From assembly GCA_965228475.1 (NCBI GenBank), contig OZ245817.1:1248001-1312000 (forward strand): a stretch of DNA of 64,000 bases, in the 5' to 3' direction. The translations under genes were made by a program, and so were the position numbers. This document shows, piece after piece, positions 9,408 to 18,975 of this stretch. How positions within the stretch are numbered: position 1 is the stretch's first letter; the number at the start of each line of letters is the position of its first letter. The notes under the pieces were generated by a model. It ran no database searches. It saw only the letters and a program-made list of their open reading frames with translations, and was not told where the DNA came from. The DNA is from Myxococcota bacterium. Lineage in GTDB: Bacteria > Myxococcota_A > UBA9160 > JAFDDA01.

Positions 9408-9958
9408 TCACGGCTCCGCCCCGGAAAGAAGCGCGGCTTCTGCGGACCTCCCGCACCCTCGCGTCGACGATGTCGTTCGCGATGCTTCTGCTCCTGCCGG
9501 GCTGCGGCGTGGGCAGCGCCGTCCGCGGCTGGTTCGAGCCGCCGACCGGCCCGCAGCCCGATACGAGCCGCGGCGTGCAGGTCGTCGACCATCGCGCGAT
9601 CGTCGAGTTCCAGGAGCGTGCGCAGGGTTTCTACGACCGACTTTCGCTTCGGCGTTTCAACACGCACGCGACCTACACGGACACCGTGCTGCGCGAGCAC
9701 TTCCAGAACGAGACCGCCTTCTTCGACTACTACGCCGACTTCGCGCATACCCTGGATCTCGCGTATGTCGAGAAGAATCGCGCGCTGATTGCCGAGGTGA
9801 AGGAGTTCGCGCTCGAGGGGCCGGGCCGTGCCCTCGTCGACGTCCGCATCCGAAGCAACAACGGCAAGCCCCTTCGCTACTGGACGGTCGTGACCGAGCG
9901 CCGCGACGTCTGGGAGCGGATCGAGGGCGTCTGGTTCGTCGTACCCGGCAAGCTGTAG
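9404..9958 (+). CDS. hypothetical lipoprotein
   Basis: ATGA overlap with ppdK; hydrophobic run ending LLPGC lipobox; true start may be a later Met. Confidence 0.7.
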   Translation: MITAPPRKEARLLRTSRTLASTMSFAMLLLLPGCGVGSAVRGWFEPPTGPQPDTSRGVQVVDHRAIVEFQERAQGFYDRLSLRRFNTHATYTDTVLREHFQNETAFFDYYADFAHTLDLAYVEKNRALIAEVKEFALEGPGRALVDVRIRSNNGKPLRYWTVVTERRDVWERIEGVWFVVPGKL

Positions 9959-10138
9959 CCGCTCCGGCTACGCCACAATCGGCCATGGGGCCGAGGGCGA
10001 CGGATGTTCCCCGGGTCCACAATTGAGAAAAAGAGTTCTCTGCCTGCCGGGAATCCCCGTGCACTACGCAATCCGCTGCATCCGGGAAAAAGCACGAATT
10101 CCGAGGCCTTGACCCGCGACCTGCACAAACCCCGGTTG

Positions 10139-10154
10139 TGGCATGGCGCTTGCT
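10139..10154 (+). promoter_or_regulatory. sigma54 (-24/-12) promoter
   Basis: TGGCATGGCGCTTGCT with correct GG-N10-GC spacing, in an AT-richer intergenic region upstream of ECF sigma 1. Confidence 0.75.
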
Positions 10155-10370
10155 TTTTCCAATGCTCGGACGCTGAGTCCCACTTTTGAAAAGCCCGGTT
10201 CCTGAATCGAAGAAAGGAAAGTCGCCAGGGAGCATCCGAGCCGAAACCGGCACCTCGCCGGCCCAAGCACGGAAACTGAAACAGGTTCTGATACGGAGAG
10301 CCGGGCAACCGCCCGGACCAGGCCTCCGAGGAAGAGCCGGTCATCCCCCCGGACAGACCCTCCATTCCCG

Positions 10371-10985
10371 ATGCGGGAACCACACTCGGATGGTGTGGTG
10401 CGCAAAAAGAACGCTCGAAAAGCCGACCCGTGGAACAGCGACGAAGAGCTGGTCGAGAAGATCCTCGGCGGAGACCGCCAGGCCTTCGAACTCCTCTACG
10501 AGACCTACTTCCCGCGCGTCTACCGCTTCGCGCTCAAGCGCCTCGGCGACGCCGGCGAAGCCGAAGACGTCACGCAGGAGGTGTTCATCACCGTGCACCG
10601 CGTGCTCGAGAGCTGGGCCGGGAACTCCTCCCTGCTGGTCTGGATCTTCGGCATCAGCCGCAACACCGTGAATCGGCGCTTCCGCAAGCCGCGCCCGAGG
10701 CTCGACTCCGTCGACGACGTGGCCGGCGAGGTGCCCGCCAAGGCACCGCTCGCGGACCGCATCGTCGAAGCCCGCGAGGTGCTCGACCGCTGCGACATCG
10801 TGATCAACGAGAAGCTCACGCCGCTCCAGCGGCGGATCTTCCACCTCAAGCACCTCCGCCACCAGCCCATCAAGAAGATCGCGGCGGCGCTCGGCAAGTC
10901 CGAGGACGCGGTCAAGGCGAACCTGTACCGGATGCGGAACTCGCTCCTGGCGGGGGCTCCGGGGCTCAAGGGGTTCGTGAACTAG
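10371..10985 (+). CDS. ECF sigma-70 factor (copy 1)
   Basis: DEELVEKILGGDRQAFELLY...AEDVTQEVF...WIFGISRN region 2; region 4 IKKIAAALGKSEDAVKANLYR; start may be a GTG near 10395. Confidence 0.9.
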   Translation: MREPHSDGVVRKKNARKADPWNSDEELVEKILGGDRQAFELLYETYFPRVYRFALKRLGDAGEAEDVTQEVFITVHRVLESWAGNSSLLVWIFGISRNTVNRRFRKPRPRLDSVDDVAGEVPAKAPLADRIVEAREVLDRCDIVINEKLTPLQRRIFHLKHLRHQPIKKIAAALGKSEDAVKANLYRMRNSLLAGAPGLKGFVN

Positions 10986-11031
10986 AGGCCTCGGGCGGGC
11001 CGACCGTCTCACATACCCATTGGAGTGATGC

Positions 11032-11137
11032 GCGCCGGGCGGGAGGGAGGCCTGCCGGACCGGCGTTTTGGGCGGGGTCTCGGTGAGGGCTGATGGGCGT
11101 GGTTTACGGTCCGGCAGGCCTCCCTCCCGCCCGGCGC
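11032..11137. repeat. palindromic repeat copy 3 (31-bp perfect arms, 44-nt spacer)
   Basis: GCGCCGGGCGGGAGGGAGGCCTGCCGGACCG at 11032-11062 and reverse complement at 11107-11137; same GAGGGAGG..CTGCCGGACC core as copies 1 and 2. Confidence 0.9.
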
Positions 11138-11371
11138 TGCCCGGGGGCTCGGGCGGCGTTCCGCATCCGATTCTGAAAAAAGCGGGCGGGAAGTTGGGGT
11201 TTCCCCGCGGGCTTGCGGCTACGTTGCTTCCCCTGGGGGAATCAATCGAGCCCGGGGAGTGGTTTTTGCGCCACTAATGCCCCCGAGCGGCCACTCATTG
11301 GTGGAGAAGGGGGGTGAGCGATCGCCCCCCGTCTGCATCGGCCTGGGAAGGGACAACGCGAGGAGACCGCG

Positions 11372-12055
11372 TTGCCCGCTCTCAAAGAAGCCACCCCGCT
11401 CCCCACCGGAACCCAGCGCACGCGCTCCAAGTTGCCCGTTCGAAAGAGCGAGGACGCGGAGTTGTTGGCCGCCCTCAGAACGGGCAGCCAGACCGCGTTC
11501 GACTCGTTATATCAACGCTACTTCCAGCGGATCTACAACTTCTCCTACGTGCGGCTGCGGAATCACGCGGACACCGAAGAAGTGGTGCAGGAGACCTTCA
11601 CGGCGGTCTTCCGGTGCATCGACTCCTTCAAGGGGCGGTCGACCTTGTCATCGTGGATCTACGGCATCGCGAAGAACACGATCAACAACCACATCCGCCG
11701 CGCCAAGACCGAGGAAGCGCGCGTGGAGCGGACGGAGTGCGAGGGCCTGCGCCCGATGGAGTCCCTCTCGACGGGGACGCCCGAGGACCAGTTGCAGTTG
11801 CGCCGCTACCTCGAGGCCATCGGCGAGCGGCTCGAGAGCATCGCGCCCTGGCAGGTCGAGGTGTTCGAGTTGCGTCACTTGCAGAACCTCTCGATCCAGG
11901 AGATCTCGGAGCAGACGTCGCGGTCGAGCGATGCGATCCGCTCGAGCCTCTATCGGATGAAGCGGGTGTTGGTCGAGTCCGCCGAGTCCGGAGGCACGAT
12001 TTCGGGGGGGACCATTTCGGAACCTGGCTATGGCGCGGAGAGCGCCTGGAGCTGA
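11372..12055 (+). CDS. ECF sigma-70 factor (copy 2)
   Basis: DAELLAALRTGSQTAFDSLYQRY...EEVVQETF...FKGRSTLSSWIYGIAKN; TTG start with AGGAG Shine-Dalgarno (SD). Confidence 0.9.
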   Translation: MPALKEATPLPTGTQRTRSKLPVRKSEDAELLAALRTGSQTAFDSLYQRYFQRIYNFSYVRLRNHADTEEVVQETFTAVFRCIDSFKGRSTLSSWIYGIAKNTINNHIRRAKTEEARVERTECEGLRPMESLSTGTPEDQLQLRRYLEAIGERLESIAPWQVEVFELRHLQNLSIQEISEQTSRSSDAIRSSLYRMKRVLVESAESGGTISGGTISEPGYGAESAWS

Positions 12056-12109
12056 AGCGTGAAGAGAACCACCACACCGGGTCATGCCGCTGGGGAAGTC
12101 CACGCTGAG

Positions 12110-12295
12110 ATGAGTATCAAGTTGAAGATGGAAGAGATCGAAGACCTGGCAGCCGACGTGAGCGCCGACGAACTCCGCGATTTCCTCGCGGCGGACGGCC
12201 TCGACGTCCCCTTCGACCCCGAATTCAAGGAGCGCCTGCGCTCCCAGCTCTGGACCCTCGTTCGCAATCGCTTCGGGAGCGAAGGCGAGGGCTGA
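12110..12295 (+). CDS. small acidic protein, possible soluble anti-sigma or partner
   Basis: MSIKLKMEEIEDLAADVSADELRDFLAADGLDVPFDPEFKERLRSQLW..., directly after ECF 2; GC-rich codon usage like real genes. Confidence 0.55.
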   Translation: MSIKLKMEEIEDLAADVSADELRDFLAADGLDVPFDPEFKERLRSQLWTLVRNRFGSEGEG

Positions 12296-12399
12296 GCGCC
12301 CGTCCCCACTTTCCCTGCATCGAACCCATTCGAGCCCCGCACCTCCCCCGGCATCGCTTCTGCGTTGCCCGGGGGGGTGCCGGCGCTAGCCTCCGCCCC

Positions 12400-13038
12400 G
12401 TGAGCACCCAGCGTCCTTCCGCCGCGCCGGTCTCGCGCGACGAGCTCGCGCAGCGGACCGTCGAGGTCCTGAACCGCGGGAACGCGCGGAACCCGGACGT
12501 CCTGCTCGTCGACGGGCCCGAGGGCCGCGTCGTCGTGAAGGATTTCGCGCCGCGGGGCGCCGTGGTCCGCGCCACCGTCGGCCGCTGGGTGACGGCCCGC
12601 GAGGCCGCGGCCCATCGCTGGCTCGAGGGCCACCCGGCCGTGCCCCGCTTCCTCGGCTTCCTCGACCCGCTGGCGATCGCCCTCGAGTACCGCCCGGGGC
12701 GCCGGATCTCGCGCCACCTGGTGGACGACGCCGGCCCCGGTTTCCCCGAGGTCCTGGCCGAGGCCGTCGCCGGGCTTCACGAACGCGGGCTGGTGCACCT
12801 CGACCTCGGCCACCGCAGCAACATCCTGATCGATGCCCAGGGCCAGCCCGTCCTGATCGATTTCGCTTCGGCGGTCTGGTTCCGGCCCGGCAGCCTCGGC
12901 GCGCGGCTCATCCTGCCGCGCCTCGCGCACTACGATCTTCGGGCGGTCGCGAAGTGGGACGCCAAGCTCGCGCGTCAGCGCGCGCTGCGGGCCGGTCGGG
13001 CGGCCGAGGCCGCGCGGGGAGAGGGCCGCCCGACGTAG
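12400..13038 (+). CDS. protein kinase-like (RIO1/Kdo/APH-type) phosphotransferase
   Basis: VVVKDF, HERGLVHLDLGHRSNILI, LIDFASA motifs. Confidence 0.8.
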   Translation: MSTQRPSAAPVSRDELAQRTVEVLNRGNARNPDVLLVDGPEGRVVVKDFAPRGAVVRATVGRWVTAREAAAHRWLEGHPAVPRFLGFLDPLAIALEYRPGRRISRHLVDDAGPGFPEVLAEAVAGLHERGLVHLDLGHRSNILIDAQGQPVLIDFASAVWFRPGSLGARLILPRLAHYDLRAVAKWDAKLARQRALRAGRAAEAARGEGRPT

Positions 13039-13048
13039 CCGGCTGGCG

Positions 13049-13642
13049 TCAGCTCGGGTCTTTCGCGGGCGCGGCTTCGGAGGCCGCGCGCGGAGAGAGC
13101 CGTCCGACGTAGTGGCGGAAGGCTTCCAGCGTGAGGCGGGCATCGGCCAGGGCGCGGTGGGGGACGTTGCCTTCCACCAGGCCGGCCGTCGTCGCGGCCT
13201 GGCGCAGGGAGAGCGCCGAGACCGTCTCGCCCGCCACGAGGGACCACGCGTAGTAGAGCGTCGCGAGGTCGATCACGTGGTAGTCGAACGGGTAGGCGAT
13301 CCCGCAGGCCTTGTAGGCCTTCTCGACGAAGATCACGTCCATGCGGACGTTCTGGCCGGCCGGCACGACGGTCTTGCCCTTCGGGCACAGCGCGGCGAGC
13401 TCGGTCAGGGCCTGCTTCACGGGAACGGCCTCCCGCTCCCAGACCTCGGCGTCGTAGCCCTGGAGTTTCGCGGCCTCGGGGCTGATGCGGTCCGCGCGCG
13501 CGCGCACCTTCCACTCGGCCTGGGCGATCTCGACGAGGCGGTAGTCGGTGACGATGGCGCCGATCTCGGTGATGTCGTGGAGGTCCGGGTCGAGGCCGCC
13601 GAACTCGCAATCCATGAAGACGAAAGCGAAGTCCTTGGCCAA
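13049..13642 (-). CDS. DEDDh 3'-5' exonuclease
   Basis: FMDCEFGG, GQNVRMDV, HRALADA; TTG start with AGGAG upstream. Confidence 0.85.
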   Translation of the reverse strand: MAKDFAFVFMDCEFGGLDPDLHDITEIGAIVTDYRLVEIAQAEWKVRARADRISPEAAKLQGYDAEVWEREAVPVKQALTELAALCPKGKTVVPAGQNVRMDVIFVEKAYKACGIAYPFDYHVIDLATLYYAWSLVAGETVSALSLRQAATTAGLVEGNVPHRALADARLTLEAFRHYVGRLSPRAASEAAPAKDPS

Positions 13643-13765
13643 CGCGGGCTCCTGGCAGGGACGCCAGGGCGTCCGGTCCTCGGTACGCCTCGCGTCGATC
13701 CGCCAGGGCGTTGCTTGCGGCCAGGGCGCCTTCGGCGATGGCGCCGGCACGGCTCGCGGGTGAAG

Positions 13766-13841
13766 TGGTGCTCCCAACGGGACTCGAACCCGTGTTTGAG
13801 CCTTGAGAGGGCCCCGTCCTAGACCGCTAGACGATGGGAGC
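13766..13841 (-). tRNA. tRNA-Glu (anticodon CTC)
   Basis: GCTCCCATCGTCTAGCGGTCTAGGACGGGGCC-CTCTCAA-GGCTC...GGTTCGAGTCCCGTTGGGAGCACCA cloverleaf with encoded CCA. Confidence 0.95.
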
Positions 13842-13861
13842 ACGAAATTGCGAGCCGGCCC

Positions 13862-13890
13862 AACCTAGCGTCGGGGTCTCGGGCTGGCAA
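13862..13890 (-). promoter_or_regulatory. sigma70-like promoter of tRNA-Glu
   Basis: TTGCCA-N17-TAGGTT on the minus strand. Confidence 0.55.
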
Positions 13891-13917
13891 CTTGGGCCCG
13901 GGGCGGCCGTCCTGCCG

Positions 13918-16900
13918 CTAGCGGGCGAACGTCTCGGCCGGTTGCTCCGGGAGGAGCGCGAGGCCGTTCCGCATACGGAAGGCGTTCTCGCTCGTGACGG
14001 CGGCTTCGAGCGTCGGCGCCCAGTGCCGGAGCTCGCCGAGGGCGGCGTCGAGGGCGGCACCGTCCTGCTCGGCGAGCGCGAGCTGGGCGCGCAGGTGGGC
14101 GACCTCGACGTGACCCGGGAGGAGCGTCATGGCCTGCTCGAGCGCCTTCCTCGCCGCTTCGAGCCGCCGTTCGCGAAGCGCCTGGCGGGCCTGCTCGAGC
14201 AGCGGCTCGCCGCGTTTCACGCGTTCGCGCCGGTCGGCTTCCTGATAGGCCAGGGCGCGCGTGCGGTCGCCGAGGGCCTCGGCGAGGCGGGCGAGCGTGG
14301 CGGCGACGCCCGGGATGAGCCGGCCCTCCGCGCTGGCGCGGTAGGCCATCAGGGTCTCGAAGGTCGGGCGGAGCGCTTCCCCGCGCTCCCCGCGCGCCAG
14401 GGCGTGCTTGGCTTCGTACCATGCGAGGCGCGGGAAGCGTCCGCGCTCCGCAACGGGAATGGCTTCCACGAACTCGAAGGCTCGGGCGGGGTCGACGTAG
14501 TCGAAGGCCCGGGCGGCGTCGAAGGCATCCTGGAAACCGCCGCTTCGCGCGAAGGCCTCGGCGTAGGCCTGGCCCGCGGCACGGAAGTCGCGGCGCCGCG
14601 TGGCCTGGTACTCGGCGAGGGCGCGCAGCGGTTCGGGACGATCCGCGGCTCGGGCTGCGAGCGCCGTGAGCGCCTTCGCTCCGGCCTCGCGCGTCTCGGC
14701 TTCCGCGAGCTGGGCCCGAGCGTGGAGAAGCGCGGCTTCGAACGGCGGGACTTCGGCGCCGTGGGCGGCGAAGAGGCGCTCGATCTTCCGAAGCGGGCGG
14801 CCGCGCTTCGTCTCCTTCGTCGTCTCGAGGATGTGGCGGGCGAGCTCGGCGACGTCGACGGGCTCGGTGAGGGGCGGCAGGGTGGCCGCGCCCGCGGGCA
14901 GGGCGGACTCGACGGCGGCGTAGTCGACCGAGCGCCAGGCGAGCTTGCGCGGGATGCGCGTCTCGACGAAGGCGTTGTCGTCCGTGTTCCGCAGGCTTCC
15001 GGCCTGGGGGAGGAAGTCCGCGGCACGGCCCTCGAAGCGGGCGAGGATCGCCGGGAACTCCGAGAGGCCGTGGTGGGCGAGCCGGGCGGCCAGCGGTGTC
15101 CCCGCGAGGCGCTCGGCGGCCCGGGTCGGCTCGATCTCGACGGGCTCGCGCATGCCGAGCAGCAGGAAGGCCTCGCGCCCGTGGTTCGCCGAGACGTCGG
15201 CCAGCACCGCGCCCGGGAAGATGCGTTCGAAGCTCGCGACCAGGGCGAGCAGGGCCTCGCGGTCCGTGCGGAAACCGTTCACCCACATGGCGAAGGCGCC
15301 GCCCGGCCGGAGCGAGTTGCGTGCGAGCGTGAAGAACTCTTCGGTGAAGAGGTTCGCCGCCCCGATCAGCCAGGGGTGGCTCGGCTGCGACGCGATCAGA
15401 TCCCAGCCCGGCGCCGCTTCGTGCTGGGCGCGCAGCAGGACGTTGCGCCCGTCGTTGACGTGGAGCGTCACGCGCGGGTCCGTGAGCGGGCTCCGTCGCC
15501 CGGCGTGCAGCACCTCCATCGCCTGCACCACGCCGGCTTCGAGCTCGACCACGTCCACGTGCGGGATGGGCGTGTGGAGCAGCGCTTCGAGGGTGTTCCC
15601 CGCGCCGAGGCCGATCACCAGGGCCCGCTCCGGGTTCTCGGCGACGAGGTACGGGATGGTGCCGAGCAGGCTCGTCGTCACCGGGCCGTAGGGAGGGCCG
15701 AGGAAGACGCCCGCTTCCGGCAGGCCGTTCGTCCGCAGACCGCGCGAGCCTTCCTCCGCGGTGACGGTGACGATGGCGTTGCGTCCTTCGATGGCGAGGA
15801 TCTGCTGCCGCGAGCGTTCGGCCAGGCGGGCGCGGTACTCGCCCAGGGTCTTGGCCTCGACGCTTCGGCCGGCGACGGCGAGCTCGGCGTGCACGCCGTT
15901 GTAGCCGAGCCCGACGACCACGAGGGCGGCTCCCGCCGCCGCGAAGGAGGGCAGCCGGGCCGGACCGTCGGTCTCCTGGAAGCGGGCGAGCACCACCGCC
16001 GCGAGGGCGAGGTCGACCAGGATGAGCGCGTAGAGCGTCGCGTCCATGCCGAGCTTCGGGATCGCCAGGAAGCCGAGCAGCAGGCTCGCCGCGATGCTGC
16101 CGGCGGTGTTCAGCGCGACCGCACGGCCCATGCCTTCGCCGACCGCCTCCGCCCGCTCCGTGTAGATGCGGATCAGGATCGGGAAGGCCGCCCCGAACAG
16201 GAGCGTCGGCGCGAGCACGATCGGGACCACGAGCAGGAAGAGCAGGTGCACGGCGTCGGCACCCGCGGCGAACTCCGCCAGCCGCGCATGGGCATGGGGC
16301 AGGTAGGGCACGGCCACGAGTCCGGCGGCGACGGCGACCCCGGCCCCGACGTGCAGCCAGCCGAAGGCCCGCGGCAGATCCCGGATGCGGTCGACGAAGG
16401 GCGCGATGGCGGCGCTGCCGAGGGCGATGCCCGTGAGGTAGGCGGAGAGGACCGTGGAGAAGCCGTAGATCGTGCCCTCCATGACGATGCCGAAGACCTT
16501 GGACCAGACGATCTCGTAGCCGATCGCCACGAAGCCGGAGATCGCGAAGAAGGCCAGGAAGGCGCGCCGGCGGCGCACGTCGATCTCGCCCACGGGCTGC
16601 ACCCGGCCGGACTCCGCGTGCGTGTTCACGACGCGTGCGTTGCCGAGCGTCACGAGAACGAGCGCGGCGACGAGCAGGTTCACGACCGCGGCACCCCAGA
16701 CCGCGGCCGTCAGGCCGAGGCTCGGGAGCAGCCAGAAGCCGCAGAGGTAGGCGCCGGCCACGGCGCCGAGGGTGTTCGCTGCGTAGAGCAGGGCGCTCCA
16801 GCGGCCGAGGGTCCGGTCGTCGCTCACCACGCCGCGCGCGACCACGGGGAGCGTCGCGCCCATGGCGATGGTCGGCGGGAGGAGGAGCAACGCGGTGGTC

Positions 16901-17241
16901 GAGATGCGCAGCGCGAATGTCGCGAGCGGGCCCGGGTCTCCGCCGAGCCAGCCGTAGACGGCGGGGAGCGCCTGCAGGAGGGGGAGGGAGAGCAGCGCCC
17001 AGGCCCCGATCCCGAGCTCGAGAAGCCCGTAGACGCGCAGCGGCCGCTCGACGCTCCCGAGCCGCCGCGCGGCCCAGGCGTTCCCGATCGCCATGCCGGC
17101 GAAGAAGATGGCGAGCACACTGCCGATGGCTTCGCTCGTGGTGCCGAAGACGAAGCCGAGAAGACGGGTCCAGAGCACCTGGTAGACCAGGGCGGAGAGC
17201 CCCGAGAAGAGCAGGGCGCAGGCAACGATCGCGCGGTTCAT
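13918..17241 (-). CDS. fused MFS-like membrane domain / spermidine-synthase (SAM-binding) fold / TPR-like protein
   Basis: SGLSALVYQVLWTRLL repeated as SGFVAIGYEIVWSKVF, about 13 TM segments, ALVIGLGAGNT, VVELE, VNDGRN, SQPSHPW, NTDDNAFVE, helical-repeat tail. Confidence 0.88.
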   Translation of the reverse strand: MNRAIVACALLFSGLSALVYQVLWTRLLGFVFGTTSEAIGSVLAIFFAGMAIGNAWAARRLGSVERPLRVYGLLELGIGAWALLSLPLLQALPAVYGWLGGDPGPLATFALRISTTALLLLPPTIAMGATLPVVARGVVSDDRTLGRWSALLYAANTLGAVAGAYLCGFWLLPSLGLTAAVWGAAVVNLLVAALVLVTLGNARVVNTHAESGRVQPVGEIDVRRRRAFLAFFAISGFVAIGYEIVWSKVFGIVMEGTIYGFSTVLSAYLTGIALGSAAIAPFVDRIRDLPRAFGWLHVGAGVAVAAGLVAVPYLPHAHARLAEFAAGADAVHLLFLLVVPIVLAPTLLFGAAFPILIRIYTERAEAVGEGMGRAVALNTAGSIAASLLLGFLAIPKLGMDATLYALILVDLALAAVVLARFQETDGPARLPSFAAAGAALVVVGLGYNGVHAELAVAGRSVEAKTLGEYRARLAERSRQQILAIEGRNAIVTVTAEEGSRGLRTNGLPEAGVFLGPPYGPVTTSLLGTIPYLVAENPERALVIGLGAGNTLEALLHTPIPHVDVVELEAGVVQAMEVLHAGRRSPLTDPRVTLHVNDGRNVLLRAQHEAAPGWDLIASQPSHPWLIGAANLFTEEFFTLARNSLRPGGAFAMWVNGFRTDREALLALVASFERIFPGAVLADVSANHGREAFLLLGMREPVEIEPTRAAERLAGTPLAARLAHHGLSEFPAILARFEGRAADFLPQAGSLRNTDDNAFVETRIPRKLAWRSVDYAAVESALPAGAATLPPLTEPVDVAELARHILETTKETKRGRPLRKIERLFAAHGAEVPPFEAALLHARAQLAEAETREAGAKALTALAARAADRPEPLRALAEYQATRRRDFRAAGQAYAEAFARSGGFQDAFDAARAFDYVDPARAFEFVEAIPVAERGRFPRLAWYEAKHALARGERGEALRPTFETLMAYRASAEGRLIPGVAATLARLAEALGDRTRALAYQEADRRERVKRGEPLLEQARQALRERRLEAARKALEQAMTLLPGHVEVAHLRAQLALAEQDGAALDAALGELRHWAPTLEAAVTSENAFRMRNGLALLPEQPAETFAR

Positions 17242-17248
17242 CGCACGT

Positions 17249-17276
17249 TCATCGGGGCGCTTCCGGGGAAAGTTGA
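17249..17276 (-). promoter_or_regulatory. sigma28/FliA-like promoter motif
   Basis: Minus strand TCAAC-N15-CCCGATGA, followed 7 nt later by ATG 17241. Confidence 0.55.
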
Positions 17277-17516
17277 ATTTCGTGTTCCGGAGAGCGGTCG
17301 TCGCCGGCTCTCCGGGAAAACCCCGACGCCTCCGAACGCCCGAAGCGGGCGCGGGTGACGAGAATCGTCGCTTCCGCGCGCCGCAGATCGTCACTTCCCA
17401 CTACGGCTCGCGCACCGGTTGCCGATGAAGACAATGCGCAGCGCCGAGCGTAAGCGGGCGGTGCGTACCGGATCGCACGTTCGAGGGAGCGCGCGGTTTC
17501 GGCCTTCCGGAACGAA

Positions 17517-17532
17517 TGGCACGCGGGTTGCT
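17517..17532 (+). promoter_or_regulatory. sigma54 promoter of the pilin gene
   Basis: TGGCACGCGGGTTGCT matches the -24/-12 consensus; sigma54-dependent pilA is established in Pseudomonas and Myxococcus. Confidence 0.85.
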
Positions 17533-17645
17533 TTGCCCACGGAGTGATTTCGGGAGCCGAACGTTGCATGGCCCAAGGGCCGCCCCCCGAGCAAGTCGCT
17601 CAGACGGGCCTGCGATTCGGAGCTCGAAGGCAAGGAGAGAACCTC

Positions 17646-18224
<579 letters not shown>

Positions 18225-18238
18225 CGATCCGGGTAGAC

Positions 18239-18269
18239 GGCGGGCCGGGGCATCGCGCCCCGGCCCGCC
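18239..18269 (+). terminator. GC-rich hairpin after pilin 1
   Basis: 13-bp stem GGCGGGCCGGGGC/GCCCCGGCCCGCC; weak U tail. Confidence 0.6.
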
Positions 18270-18345
18270 TCTCCCAACTTTCTCCGATTTCTCGATCCCT
18301 CCGCGACATCTCTCGACGAACGAGACGACAAGGAAGGTCAGGACG

Positions 18346-18915
18346 ATGACGAATCACAACAACCGCGGCTTCACGTTGCTCGAGCTCATGATCACCGTCG
18401 CGATCATCGGCATCCTGGCCACGATTGCCATCCCGAGCTTCCAGGAGCAGCAGTGGCGCTCCCGCCGGAGTGAGGGCTTCACGAATCTCGCGGCGCTCGC
18501 CAAGTCGCAGCGCGCGTACTCTGCCGAATTCAACCGCTACGTGGGGGCAGCGCCCTCGCCGATCAACCCGCTCGGGCCGGACGCCGTGGACTGGGAAGGC
18601 GGCGTGACGCCGGGCTTCAACGCCCTCGGCTGGAAGCCGGACGGCGAAGTCCGCTACCGCTACGACACGAACTCCCAGGACATCGACGCCGGCTGCTGCA
18701 CGGGCTGCTTCACCGCGACGGCCTACTCGGACATCGACGGGAACGGACTCGTGGCCGCTCTGATGCTGGTGAGCCCGAACGTCGCGGATACGGCGAACCC
18801 GCCCTCGACCTGTGCGCCGAGCATCCTGGCCGGAACGGTCAATCCGCCCGTCGACGGCGGTGGGAACCCGGTCTACGACACCGTCGCGGCGGCCGTCGGA
18901 GCGGGGAAGTACTAG
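18346..18915 (+). CDS. second type IV pilin
   Basis: [25 protein letters not shown]; head shares GW(R/K)P(E/D)G.V...Y and DID..G motifs with pilin 1. Confidence 0.9.
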   Translation: MTNHNNRGFTLLELMITVAIIGILATIAIPSFQEQQWRSRRSEGFTNLAALAKSQRAYSAEFNRYVGAAPSPINPLGPDAVDWEGGVTPGFNALGWKPDGEVRYRYDTNSQDIDAGCCTGCFTATAYSDIDGNGLVAALMLVSPNVADTANPPSTCAPSILAGTVNPPVDGGGNPVYDTVAAAVGAGKY

Positions 18916-18925
18916 TCGCTTGAAA

Positions 18926-18950
18926 GGGGCGGGCACCGCCCCGTTTGTTT
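18926..18950 (+). terminator. intrinsic terminator after pilin 2
   Basis: GGGGCGG-GCA-CCGCCCC followed by GTTTGTTT. Confidence 0.65.
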
Positions 18951-18975
18951 GAGGCCGGAAGGGGACTGACCTCGA

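Noticed and set aside
10186..10370. c-di-GMP or other known riboswitch in the ECF1 leader
   Set aside because: Could not match the conserved elements of any riboswitch by eye; an Rfam search is needed
12400..13642. Kinase plus DEDDh exonuclease as an anti-phage or toxin module
   Set aside because: The genes are convergent rather than operonic, and no defence-associated domains are nearby
13834..17358. Very long antisense or alternate-frame ORFs (e.g. 13834-17358 +, 6453-9206 -, 39507-42911 -, 43883-46987 -)
   Set aside because: Shadow ORFs expected in high-GC DNA; they overlap well-supported genes and have no recognisable motifs
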